NCBI GenBank assembly: GCA_004524445.1
Contig: SDNP01000014.1
Span: 9,013-73,012, forward strand
Direction: 5' to 3'
DNA length: 64,000 nt
Source of the DNA: Candidatus Thorarchaeota archaeon
Lineage (GTDB): Archaea > Asgardarchaeota > Thorarchaeia > Thorarchaeales > Thorarchaeaceae
Shown piece after piece: positions 8,901 through 16,991 of this stretch (the stretch's first letter is position 1; every line of letters begins with the position of its first letter). The position numbers and the translations under genes were made by a program. Below the pieces are notes generated by a model. The model saw only the letters and a program-made list of their open reading frames with translations, did not search any database and was not told the DNA's origin.

Positions 8901-11762
8901 CGTCACATTTTCAAACAGAGAACCGTGCGGACTATAGAGATTCACGAGCAGTGTATCTGCGGCAACGGTTCTGTTGAAGTGGTCACGGAGCCCCAACTCC
9001 ACTACTAAACTGGTACCCAAGGTCATCTTAGACGGGACATCGTATACACAATCAGTCCGCTTTATTATGGGTAGTGGATTGGCTTGATAATCAGAGAACT
9101 TTGCAGTGGGGTTTCCAAACAGGACAAACTGGTTAGAGGTAGCTGCTATGACTCGAATGTACGACCCAGAAATGTAGTAATTGCCGCCCTCTTGATTAAT
9201 TGCGTAGATGTGGGAGTTAACCATAAAGGAATCGTTCATTGCTTGGGAAATGGTCTTATCTTCCTCGACAAGCCCCTTGAGTACGTTCTTCTCCAACAAA
9301 TCAGAAGGCCCAAACAGCGAATCAAGCCAGCATGCAGCAATCGAATCAGCTCCACTCTCCAACATTCTAGCCGGCCCATAGCTCGAACCTAATTGACAAG
9401 TGTCCCAGTATGCGATGACACCTCCCAAGTCAGAACCGTTTATAATCTGAGATATATTCCACGAATCTATGAGGGAGCTCTCTGGATTAACGATATTGTC
9501 TCCATTTCTATCAGGATTACTACAGGACCCTCCTTCTTCATATCCCCATGCTGCAGTGATATTGAAGAGTATGGCCACTCCATCGTCTGAATACATTTCC
9601 TTTCCCATGCCCCCGTGACTTGAGAATTGCCACCATACCTTTGATGACGAAAGCAGATTTACAATATCAGGGCCCGCCTGTTGTACATAGTTGATATCAG
9701 TGGCATCCATAGTTGTTGAAAATGCCACAGGCGTATCTACAATTGTCCATGAATGGGAATTATCAGGTACCCCAAGCCCGTCAGCATATGCGACATGACT
9801 AGCAAGTGCAGGAATATCATAGGATGTACTGGGTACAAGAATGGGCCGGAGGTGTGCCCGCATAATTTGTGCATACGTGGAAATAGAACTGGAAGAGGGA
9901 TATCGTCCGTTTTGAGCCATGCCGGCGATAGCCCTATCAAAGGAGGGAGGAAGAGTTTCACCTGGCCCTCTAAATGGTGCGATATTTACAATCACTGATG
10001 GATTCGTTATTCCAGTGGTGTATGATAGCCAATTCTGGAATTCATCATAGATGCGATACATGGAACTGAATGAAGGATGAAGATATGAGAGGTAGAAACT
10101 GTTTCTCCAATAGTTGTAGTAATGGTAGCCTCCACCAAAGGGGAACTGATAGTCCCCATGGTAGGCCATCTGTTCGCATACCAGAGCCTTTGTCGTATAA
10201 TTTTGCCCCCCGTAGCAGGAAGGGAGAGCTATTCCCCTTCTAGAAGCGGCTGAAAGTCCCGCAGCCCCAAAGAAGCCACCTAAGGGGTCAAATAGAGTCA
10301 CGTTTGTTGTGTTCAGAGTTGCGCCACTAGCAGATACATGATATGCCCAAATGCTAGATGAAGAATCCAAGTGAGTTACAGTCCCATACATCTCCAAATC
10401 GGCAATGAGAGATCCTGCAAAGGTGTTTCCAGAATCAAGGATGATGATCTTAGAGGGGGATATCGCATCGAGGGCGGATATTGTATCTGAATGAAGAGTT
10501 AGCCCGTCGCAATACAGCAGTGGTGCATCACATAGGGAGGCTATGCTAAGACCGTTCGAAGTGGAGATGGCGGTATTAATAAGATCCTCTCCAATCTGCC
10601 GTTTCGTTACCGTAAGATTATATGATGCTCCTGTAGCCTCGTGGGTTGTTAAGTACGCGCGATACGTTCCTGGGCCGGGATAGGAAAGGCGTGCATGTAA
10701 TCGAGTTTTTTCCATCTCATCAGAAACAAGAGCATATCGATTTGCATCAAGTATCAACTCACCACTAGGGTCTAGAACATAGAGGCCCACGGATGTTTCG
10801 AGATTGGCGACCGACAAGTCGAAATCTACTACAGACATCTCTCCAGGAGCCACATCAAAGGAGTATGTGTTCTTAGGCAATGTGTGAACATTCAAAGTGA
10901 AGGAGGTCGTTCTGTCATAGGGATACATATCTATGAAATTAAAGTGCCAAGTATCGCCATAACCTTCAAAATAGGGATATGCCATTACATGGTCCCCATA
11001 CCACGGATAATCCAAACCATATCGACGCCCGTCTTTGTAACAGCCCATCTGTGCTAATTGGTAGTTCAGCACGGAGGAAGATCCGGTCACCCATGCATAT
11101 ATACCTCCGCCTGACCGGGGTATGTCATAGTGACGCTCCCAGTAGTTTGAGCTTGAGGTAGAGAGTGAGTAGGTGCTCAATGTCGGAGCTGGAAGAGTAC
11201 CACTCACATTGTACAGCGTTGTCACTTCATCAAATTTGGACACGCTTTCAGGGGCGTATGATAGAACGACGGTGTCACTCAATGGGAAAAACTCCTCAGC
11301 CAGCATTCCTGAAAGTTCGTAGACATTCTCGCCACCTATCCTCATCACGGTCCGCGCATCACCGATTATTGATGGATAATTGATTTCCTTTACATCTCCC
11401 ACCAGATTGAGTTCATCTGTTTGCCCCCCCAACAAGTTTATCCATTCATCAAGTGGAGTTTCTAGTTCCGTGCCAGACAAATCGGGAACAACAAGACTGT
11501 CAACCTGAAGAGGTCCGGATCGACGAATAGCCAAGGCAGAGCTGGATAAGAGATTCAGTGAGTCGGTATAATCATCGCCACTCATCCCCACAATAGTTGT
11601 CATATTCAAAGCAGCCCTGTTTCCAGTAATTCCTGATTCAATGTAGTCGGCACCCTCAGGCGAAGTATCTGTGACCGAGTCCCTAGAATAGGGAATGACC
11701 GCAGATGGAAAGCTCAGGAATAAAATGGAAACCAGTATTAGTAAAGAACCACGCCATTTCAT
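5979..11762 (-). CDS. Giant single-pass membrane protein: signal peptide, cell-wall-binding-2-like repeats, C25/gingipain-like peptidase, Ig-like repeats, TM helix, cytoplasmic alpha-solenoid
   Basis: RIGGENVYELSGMLAEEF and APLLY..L...TISAL repeats; FSSHGG, WDTCQLG and VLFGNP motifs; TM YALYFMIPALLVAVGAAIY followed by KRK; ~600-aa helical tail. Confidence 0.7.
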   Translation of the reverse strand: MKWRGSLLILVSILFLSFPSAVIPYSRDSVTDTSPEGADYIESGITGNRAALNMTTIVGMSGDDYTDSLNLLSSSALAIRRSGPLQVDSLVVPDLSGTELETPLDEWINLLGGQTDELNLVGDVKEINYPSIIGDARTVMRIGGENVYELSGMLAEEFFPLSDTVVLSYAPESVSKFDEVTTLYNVSGTLPAPTLSTYSLSTSSSNYWERHYDIPRSGGGIYAWVTGSSSVLNYQLAQMGCYKDGRRYGLDYPWYGDHVMAYPYFEGYGDTWHFNFIDMYPYDRTTSFTLNVHTLPKNTYSFDVAPGEMSVVDFDLSVANLETSVGLYVLDPSGELILDANRYALVSDEMEKTRLHARLSYPGPGTYRAYLTTHEATGASYNLTVTKRQIGEDLINTAISTSNGLSIASLCDAPLLYCDGLTLHSDTISALDAISPSKIIILDSGNTFAGSLIADLEMYGTVTHLDSSSSIWAYHVSASGATLNTTNVTLFDPLGGFFGAAGLSAASRRGIALPSCYGGQNYTTKALVCEQMAYHGDYQFPFGGGYHYYNYWRNSFYLSYLHPSFSSMYRIYDEFQNWLSYTTGITNPSVIVNIAPFRGPGETLPPSFDRAIAGMAQNGRYPSSSSISTYAQIMRAHLRPILVPSTSYDIPALASHVAYADGLGVPDNSHSWTIVDTPVAFSTTMDATDINYVQQAGPDIVNLLSSSKVWWQFSSHGGMGKEMYSDDGVAILFNITAAWGYEEGGSCSNPDRNGDNIVNPESSLIDSWNISQIINGSDLGGVIAYWDTCQLGSSYGPARMLESGADSIAACWLDSLFGPSDLLEKNVLKGLVEEDKTISQAMNDSFMVNSHIYAINQEGGNYYISGSYIRVIAATSNQFVLFGNPTAKFSDYQANPLPIIKRTDCVYDVPSKMTLGTSLVVELGLRDHFNRTVAADTLLVNLYSPHGSLFENVTLLTNGYTGSYDLALSDDDADGRWRFDLIDPDTMLTFSTTIDFIPPTTLIPNISTTLGLRINITLGLEDLNGNRVPSHSFEYQVFCPNGTVFCSGILRCSENSIAELSLSFSFCDSIGNYTLVYGIPDSDRHYTLPIEVQAPIAKSISVTYAVLGASTAYTLGLETSEGYPIPVAYFDYFIIAPDESLLFTGQAVCDDGYQSEIELDLPIEAINGDYEIHFFPEGSVYEFTQIVTSRAPRIWVSEIRIPETKQVGVWHIDVIVSNTEDSSFPATIKILRNGAIIDSRFVVIEPGINTYSFQFEMLDLSLMGGNVDISAEILVGTAEILVDLSSESYAMTTIWQTYALYFMIPALLVAVGAAIYKRKSWVSRYDEITKAVEIESNSESNQEQALLIYLKNNMFESAVRLAQKNNCPENMLSTLAGISPCRNQLLELANVLEASHWEETYRIFTALSLQEDAYRVAVVSSLKEGNLDLAITQFRNMILQSYRREAVNLLVLLMTNNQDEDARKLINAMPDLSFGLFSIAKDTEAARELSQLAQSLEDSNLRINLLLQVGRLEIVAQEIAYAKTQAKALELLGMLEKTHYSVVALEVVGILLQESRFRRLKGLLKKIELDDDAMLTVISPIVESYFEYPKDEKIEGLLKTIAQNAGPSTKSRIKSTFEVITFLNEEDADSAGPVALELLVKFVAESKDTMTASMVMERILRSLPNLSDNSQGNITEIAKASQAMRIALPTATDIGGGLIRDELDRLERALWTHILNQTKDFFLEVPIMPDNELALKACTAVLGSKVAGQTPIENPTVAMRVLNAARKAQSFNQINQVVKRLLNGPAFDNLMAKLIGDPRFKALTSGSSGYYAPANPMVRIRETAESAWRKQCNQVWSIGVWSGLLDLFSKVMQLDIPKHQKIALFANQLEVCHTPPEGIRNMDILKLFLGYCGELQLERKECLMVIEKANLSWHLREKLKAALLQRQ

Positions 11763-11923
11763 TCTCTTCCCTCCATGATTGAACGACTCTCGTTTCTCTT
11801 GATAGTTTCACTGATATTCTCTGAGTATCTTCTAATGCCTTTGAGTGCCCAAAGGAAACTAGCTGATAACATAAAAATCGCAATCGCCACTCCTAGAGCT
11901 AAGATTAATTCGATGCTTTGCAT
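11759..11923 (-). CDS. 54-aa single-TM protein translationally coupled to the 1927-aa gene (absent from the ORF track)
   Basis: MQSIELILALGVAIAIFMLSASFLWALKGIRRYSENISETIKRNESRSIMEGRE; GAGGTG SD; its TGA overlaps the downstream ATG (ATGA). Confidence 0.75.
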   Translation of the reverse strand: MQSIELILALGVAIAIFMLSASFLWALKGIRRYSENISETIKRNESRSIMEGRE

Positions 11924-12177
11924 CGCTTACACCTCTCGCAATATGTACAACTTAGAAGCAGCATTTATTCAAAGCCATAGAACTAATGCCACTCATTAAC
12001 CCCAATAGAAAGCACACCAACCAACTTATTAATGTTCTCCTAAAAAGCCAAAATTACCTACTGACGATTTCCTGAATGTGCACTAGTCACTGCTAGCACA
12101 TTCAAGACCCGCTCGTTCATGGGACATTTAAGTGCAATCAGCTATCAGGAACCTAATACAAAGATACTGAATAAACA

Positions 12178-12201
12178 GTTCAAATCTGGCCGGGCCCGCC
12201 A
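12178..12201 (+). repeat. tRNA 3'-end fragment (att-like direct repeat of tRNA-Arg 5716-5739)
   Basis: GTTCAAATCTGGCCGGGCCCGCCA vs GTTCGAATCGCTCCGGGCCCGCCA: 20/24 identical, last 12 nt identical; no 5' tRNA half upstream. Confidence 0.7.
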
Positions 12202-12368
12202 TTTTCATCATTATTGTTCTGACACGGACTACTTCCTCTATTGGATTTCATTTGTCCACGAAATGAAGATCTTGTTCCTTTCTGATGTGATTCCAGTGTC
12301 AAGCTTGAAACCGCCCTATCCAGAAGAAATATGTTATTGATGTGATGTTCTACAAATCGGTAATTCAT

Positions 12369-13406
12369 ATGTCCGATGAGCTTACTATTGGGACTGCAAC
12401 TGCAAAAAAGGGTGAACTTGCAAAGGGAGTAATCCCTGGTATTGAATTGAACACGGGTACAAAGATAGACATTCCAGTGCTGGTGTTGAATGGAAAGCAG
12501 GATGGCCCTGTTCTGCTCCTAGTTTCGACACAACACGGGATTGAGATACAGGGCATCGAGGTTATACATAGAGTCATGAGAAAGCTGGTGAATCCGGATG
12601 ACCTACGAGGATCAATAATCGGAATCCCAGTGGAGAACCCTCTTGCATACATGCATCACCAATATCTCTCATGGATAGATAATCTTGATTTGGGTGGTGG
12701 GGGTAGCGGTAGTCTTCTTACTGCCGACAATCCTGACGGCACTGCAACAGAGAGGCTGGCCAATATGCTCTGGCAAGAGGCATGGAGCAAGGCTGACATG
12801 GTGATCAATATTCACTGCAATGTCCGTCCTGATGACCTCATATTCCAAGAGATTCTTACAGGCAATCCCAAGACAAAGCCGGCATTAGAGAAAATGGCAG
12901 AGGCCTTTGGCGTTACCACGATAGTAGATGATACTCCTATCGACCCGAATGCGCCTCCAACTCTTGGAAATCTAGCCGATCAAAATGGAGTGCCCGTATT
13001 GCTGATGGAGCTTATAGACGGCAGATGGATCTCTGAACCATCAACGAGTGCTGGCGTAAGGGGGGTCCTGAATATCATGAAGGCATTCGATATGCTTGAT
13101 GGTGAACTCGAGCAACAGACAGGCTTTCCAATCATCCCAGGAAAATGCAAATTTCAGGGGATTGTACGTGCCAACAAGGGAGGTCTCATTCGGTTCCTGA
13201 AGAAGCCTGGTGAATATCTCAAACAAGGCGAAGTCTATGCGGAGATTTTCAACCTGCATGGAGATGTCGTTGAAGAGGTGAAGATGCCTGTGGATGGCTA
13301 TATCTGGGCATATCCCTGTGGAGATATTCTGGGGACTCCAGGAAGCATGCAGGCGGTTCAGACCGGAGCCAATATTGGATATACATTTTCACAGGTTGAA
13401 GACTAA
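12369..13406 (+). CDS. Succinylglutamate desuccinylase/aspartoacylase family (M14-like) protein
   Basis: GPVLLLVSTQHGIEIQG, IPVENP, INIHC and ELIDG motifs; C-terminal barrel-sandwich hybrid domain. Confidence 0.88.
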   Translation: MSDELTIGTATAKKGELAKGVIPGIELNTGTKIDIPVLVLNGKQDGPVLLLVSTQHGIEIQGIEVIHRVMRKLVNPDDLRGSIIGIPVENPLAYMHHQYLSWIDNLDLGGGGSGSLLTADNPDGTATERLANMLWQEAWSKADMVINIHCNVRPDDLIFQEILTGNPKTKPALEKMAEAFGVTTIVDDTPIDPNAPPTLGNLADQNGVPVLLMELIDGRWISEPSTSAGVRGVLNIMKAFDMLDGELEQQTGFPIIPGKCKFQGIVRANKGGLIRFLKKPGEYLKQGEVYAEIFNLHGDVVEEVKMPVDGYIWAYPCGDILGTPGSMQAVQTGANIGYTFSQVED

Positions 13407-13435
13407 CAAGTTTCTAGTAAAATCATCCGCGGATT
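13327..13435 (+). repeat. Direct repeat copy 1 (3' end of the desuccinylase gene plus 3' UTR)
   Basis: Ungapped 109-bp alignment to 16720-16828; last 24 bp identical. Confidence 0.9.
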
Positions 13436-13513
13436 GCCTTCACTAGGAAGACCATTCTATGTTATAGTAGAAACTGTTCATAGAAGGGGTAAATCAGTGC
13501 CAATAAGTGATGC

Positions 13514-14167
13514 CTACCCATAGATTCTACCCGACTCCATTTCCTTGAGGAATCCCTCTCTATTGTCCTCTGGAACGCAATTCAAGGCACACCCAAAATT
13601 GGGACAGGATGAACAAGCCCAATGACGCAGGGTTGCAAGGAATGTGAATGCTATGAGCAGATAGGCGACCAACCAGTCAAGGCGATCCCAGAGATAGAGT
13701 GTTTGAAACAAGAAACTGAATCCGATGCCCCAAGCCAAAAACACGACCCTTCCTGCCATGCTGACTGAAGAAGGTTCATACTGGAAGAGCTTTGGACTGC
13801 CCCAATTTGCAAGGCAGTAGAATTTGTCTTTATTTCCGTGTTCCTTTCCTGAGTACTCATAGCATGGGCAATGTCTACAGAGAACATACCACTCTACACC
13901 CGCAAAGAAGATCATTGCAATGAAGAAGTGGAGGGGTATCATAATCATGGACTCTGAAACAATGATTGAGGGCAACGAGAGAAAGCTTCCGATATCGAAG
14001 GAAAAACCGAAGTACCTGATTGATGAATTAATCATTCCAATGTAGCTTATGAGCATCGTGGCTAGAGAAACTATGGCAAACCATCTTGCATCTTTGCTAT
14101 GGTATCTTGCATGGATGCCATGTAACACATCAGATTCAGAGCAATTATTCATTCTATCGCTTGGCAA
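13514..14167 (-). CDS. Four-TM membrane protein with Cys clusters
   Basis: CRHCPCY, FYC and CSSCPNFGCALN motifs flanking TM helices. Confidence 0.75.
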   Translation of the reverse strand: MPSDRMNNCSESDVLHGIHARYHSKDARWFAIVSLATMLISYIGMINSSIRYFGFSFDIGSFLSLPSIIVSESMIMIPLHFFIAMIFFAGVEWYVLCRHCPCYEYSGKEHGNKDKFYCLANWGSPKLFQYEPSSVSMAGRVVFLAWGIGFSFLFQTLYLWDRLDWLVAYLLIAFTFLATLRHWACSSCPNFGCALNCVPEDNREGFLKEMESGRIYG

Positions 14168-14351
14168 TTCGACACTTCCTCAGTTCAGTAACTTCATAGA
14201 CTTAGTTTCAGCAGCTCATTAGCGGAGGTTCTACCATAAAAATTCCCGGCAGGAGATAAGAAATGCAGTCTGCTCCTATTGACAAAATCGGATAGAAGCT
14301 TTATTACCATTAGTGAAGAAATGTTTCACGAACTTATGATAACGGAACTGG

Positions 14352-16592
14352 ATGGGGCCAATTATGGGTAGAAGATTGGTGGCAGATTTGCTTCTGGTTT
14401 CATTTCTCGTGCTATTGGTTTATTCATGTCCGATAGCCAATGAATCACAACCAAGGGGAATTAATCAGTTTGCATATTCGGTTGATGCGTTCCATGAGCC
14501 GATTCTAATCGTATCTGATAACGACTTTGAAACTCAGGAATGGCCAGGAAGTGGAAGTCCTTCAGATCCATATGTGATTGCAAACCTAACCTTTGGTGAC
14601 AGCGATCTGCCGTACATCAACATAAGCAATGTGGAAAGCGTTTTTGTCATTGAGAATTGCACCATGCTGGAACCAGCGGAGGATGCTGAGTCACATGTTG
14701 GTATTGCTTTATCATTCTTTTCAGACTGCCGCGTTCAGAATAATGACATGTCAAGGATGGAAAATAGGCTATATTTAAGGAACGCAACAAGTTGTATAAT
14801 CGAAGGCAATGAATTCGGCGAAAGTGTTGGGGTTTCGCCATTCGGGGTTCAGAAGGTTCTGGTCATCAATAATGTCTTTCAAGGAGCTGGTTATCCCATC
14901 GATTGTGCTTCAGCTGATGAGCTTGTGGTCAATGACAATGATATCAGTCAACCAGGTTCAGCTCACATATCTTTGTTCTCATATGTACCCCCTTATTTTG
15001 AGTTCACTCACAATAATGTAATTGGTAATATTCATTTTAGTATCGGAGTTGGAAGTCTAAATATCTCATGTAACAATTTCAGGCAGCTGTCTAAGCCCCT
15101 ATTAGTTGGTGATTTTCACCATGAAAACACACTGCCTTCGCCCTATATTTTCGCGAATAACAGATTTGAATCTCACGGAATTGAATTTCATAATCCGGCA
15201 GACTTGAGATTACTAGAAAGTGCTGTGTTTCAAAATAACAGTATCCAAGATGTTGAGATTCCGGTGATTTCTGGACTGGTGGACGAAATAATCGATTGTT
15301 CAGAATACCCGCAGGTTATAGCCTACAATTGCACAGAAGTTTCATTTATCAATGCGGACTTTACCCAAATTGGTACAGCTCTCTCGCTTTTCTTATGCAC
15401 GGACTCCCAAGTTCCCGATCTCTCAGCTGTCAATTGCAGTGATGCCGTTCATCTCTATCGCTGTAAGGCGACCTTCATTGATAACCTGCATGTAGAGTCC
15501 TGTTCTGAGGGGATATCTGTCAGTCTATGCAACGATACAAGAATAATCAATAGCTCATTCATAGAAGGCGGTAGGGCTATCGAACTTGTACACACGTTTA
15601 ACGTCACCATAATTGACAATCGGTTTGAAAATAATCATTATGGAATGGTTCTGCAAGGAACGGCCAATAGCTACATCGTTGGTAACTCATTTGTACAGAA
15701 CAATCATCATGTATACTACCGTCATTACCTGGGACACCCAATTGATAGGTGGGACGACGGTCACGGAAATGGAAACTACTGGGATGACTACATTGGATTT
15801 GGGTCATATATCCTCAATATTGAAGACTATACGATTGCCGATCATTATCCCACTCCGTTATTGCCATGGTACTACAGTCCTGCAGGAATTCTTCTTTCTG
15901 GCATCATAGTTGTATCTGCGATTGCCATTCTTCTAATCATGATTGGTTTCCTTTTGAGCCGACGGAAGGATGGACAGCTTGCTTTAGCACTGACAAATAA
16001 AAACAACTGGCTTCTTCTTGTTTCTTTGCTTGTGATTCTTTTTACACCCCAACTATACGCCTGGGAGATATTGGGTTGGTACGAACCTCGGGTGTGGATT
16101 GCTAGCTATAGCTACGTGATATGGAGCGAGCTTGACTGGACATACCTTCAAGCAACATTGCCTTTCTTCGGTCATGGACAATCGCTTATCAGTTCCGGCA
16201 TTATAATTCTGCTCCTTATTGGGGCGTGGAACTCGGCAGGAAAGGAAGCAGGTAATAGATCAATAGCCAAGTACTTGTTAGGCTTGATGATAGCAATGGC
16301 GATTTCTGCCATGTTGTTTCCCATTTCGCCTTCAGGCCGTGCGTATGGATACCGGTCAGTAGTCGTTCCCCTTCCACTTGCACCACTGCTTATCTATCCC
16401 CTACTCCGAGCGGTTGAAAGAGAGAAAGTGTCCGAGAAGATAGATACCTACTCTATGGAGGGCGGCAAGAGATACACATGTCCGAATTGTGGGGCATCCT
16501 ACATTTACAAGGAAGATACTCTTTACGAACCTGGACGGATAGTCTGCCAGAATTGCAGCAAGAAGTTCAGAGCACAAGCTGTGCCGGACTGA
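14352..16592 (+). CDS. NosD/parallel beta-helix surface protein with a multi-TM segment and a C-terminal zinc ribbon
   Basis: HEPILIVSDNDF...WPGSGSPSDPYVIANL, beta-helix repeats, WDDGHGNGNYWDDY, ~5 TM helices, CPNCG..CQNC. Confidence 0.85.
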   Translation: MGPIMGRRLVADLLLVSFLVLLVYSCPIANESQPRGINQFAYSVDAFHEPILIVSDNDFETQEWPGSGSPSDPYVIANLTFGDSDLPYINISNVESVFVIENCTMLEPAEDAESHVGIALSFFSDCRVQNNDMSRMENRLYLRNATSCIIEGNEFGESVGVSPFGVQKVLVINNVFQGAGYPIDCASADELVVNDNDISQPGSAHISLFSYVPPYFEFTHNNVIGNIHFSIGVGSLNISCNNFRQLSKPLLVGDFHHENTLPSPYIFANNRFESHGIEFHNPADLRLLESAVFQNNSIQDVEIPVISGLVDEIIDCSEYPQVIAYNCTEVSFINADFTQIGTALSLFLCTDSQVPDLSAVNCSDAVHLYRCKATFIDNLHVESCSEGISVSLCNDTRIINSSFIEGGRAIELVHTFNVTIIDNRFENNHYGMVLQGTANSYIVGNSFVQNNHHVYYRHYLGHPIDRWDDGHGNGNYWDDYIGFGSYILNIEDYTIADHYPTPLLPWYYSPAGILLSGIIVVSAIAILLIMIGFLLSRRKDGQLALALTNKNNWLLLVSLLVILFTPQLYAWEILGWYEPRVWIASYSYVIWSELDWTYLQATLPFFGHGQSLISSGIIILLLIGAWNSAGKEAGNRSIAKYLLGLMIAMAISAMLFPISPSGRAYGYRSVVVPLPLAPLLIYPLLRAVEREKVSEKIDTYSMEGGKRYTCPNCGASYIYKEDTLYEPGRIVCQNCSKKFRAQAVPD

Positions 16593-16719
16593 TATCCAAA
16601 GGCAATTCAATCAATCTCCGCTCAAGAGCATCATTCAGATAAGACTTGATGAAGACCAATTTGTGCGTGCTATAGTCCCACTTAATTATCCGCAATTCTA
16701 TCGATAACAGACAATATAC

Positions 16720-16828
16720 TTCTAGGCACTCCGGAAAGCGTGCAGACGGTCCAAACTGGAGCTAATATTGGATATACCTTCTCATCGATTGAGGACTGGC
16801 AGGCTTCTAGTAAAATCATCCGCGGATT
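16720..16828 (+). pseudogene. Direct repeat copy 2: orphan 3' fragment of a diverged desuccinylase allele
   Basis: Encodes LGTPESVQTVQTGANIGYTFSSIED vs LGTPGSMQAVQTGANIGYTFSQVED in the intact gene. Confidence 0.85.
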
Positions 16829-16991
16829 TATTACCATGAGGGGAACCACCGTAGCTGGCTACTCCATCAGAGAACACAATTGCGAACCAGAACGTGACAA
16901 GAGTTTGGCAACTGGTTGTTTGGCCACAGAATACTTGGAAATGCGGTTCCACAAGCAAAGATTATATTAATCAGCAATTTTCTCAACAGAT

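Larger units (their letters stand above)
5740..12201. mobile_element. Putative tRNA-anchored genomic islet (no integrase inside)
   Basis: Bounded by the tRNA-Arg 3' end and a tRNA 3'-end fragment; contains only the 54-aa and 1927-aa genes. Confidence 0.45.
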
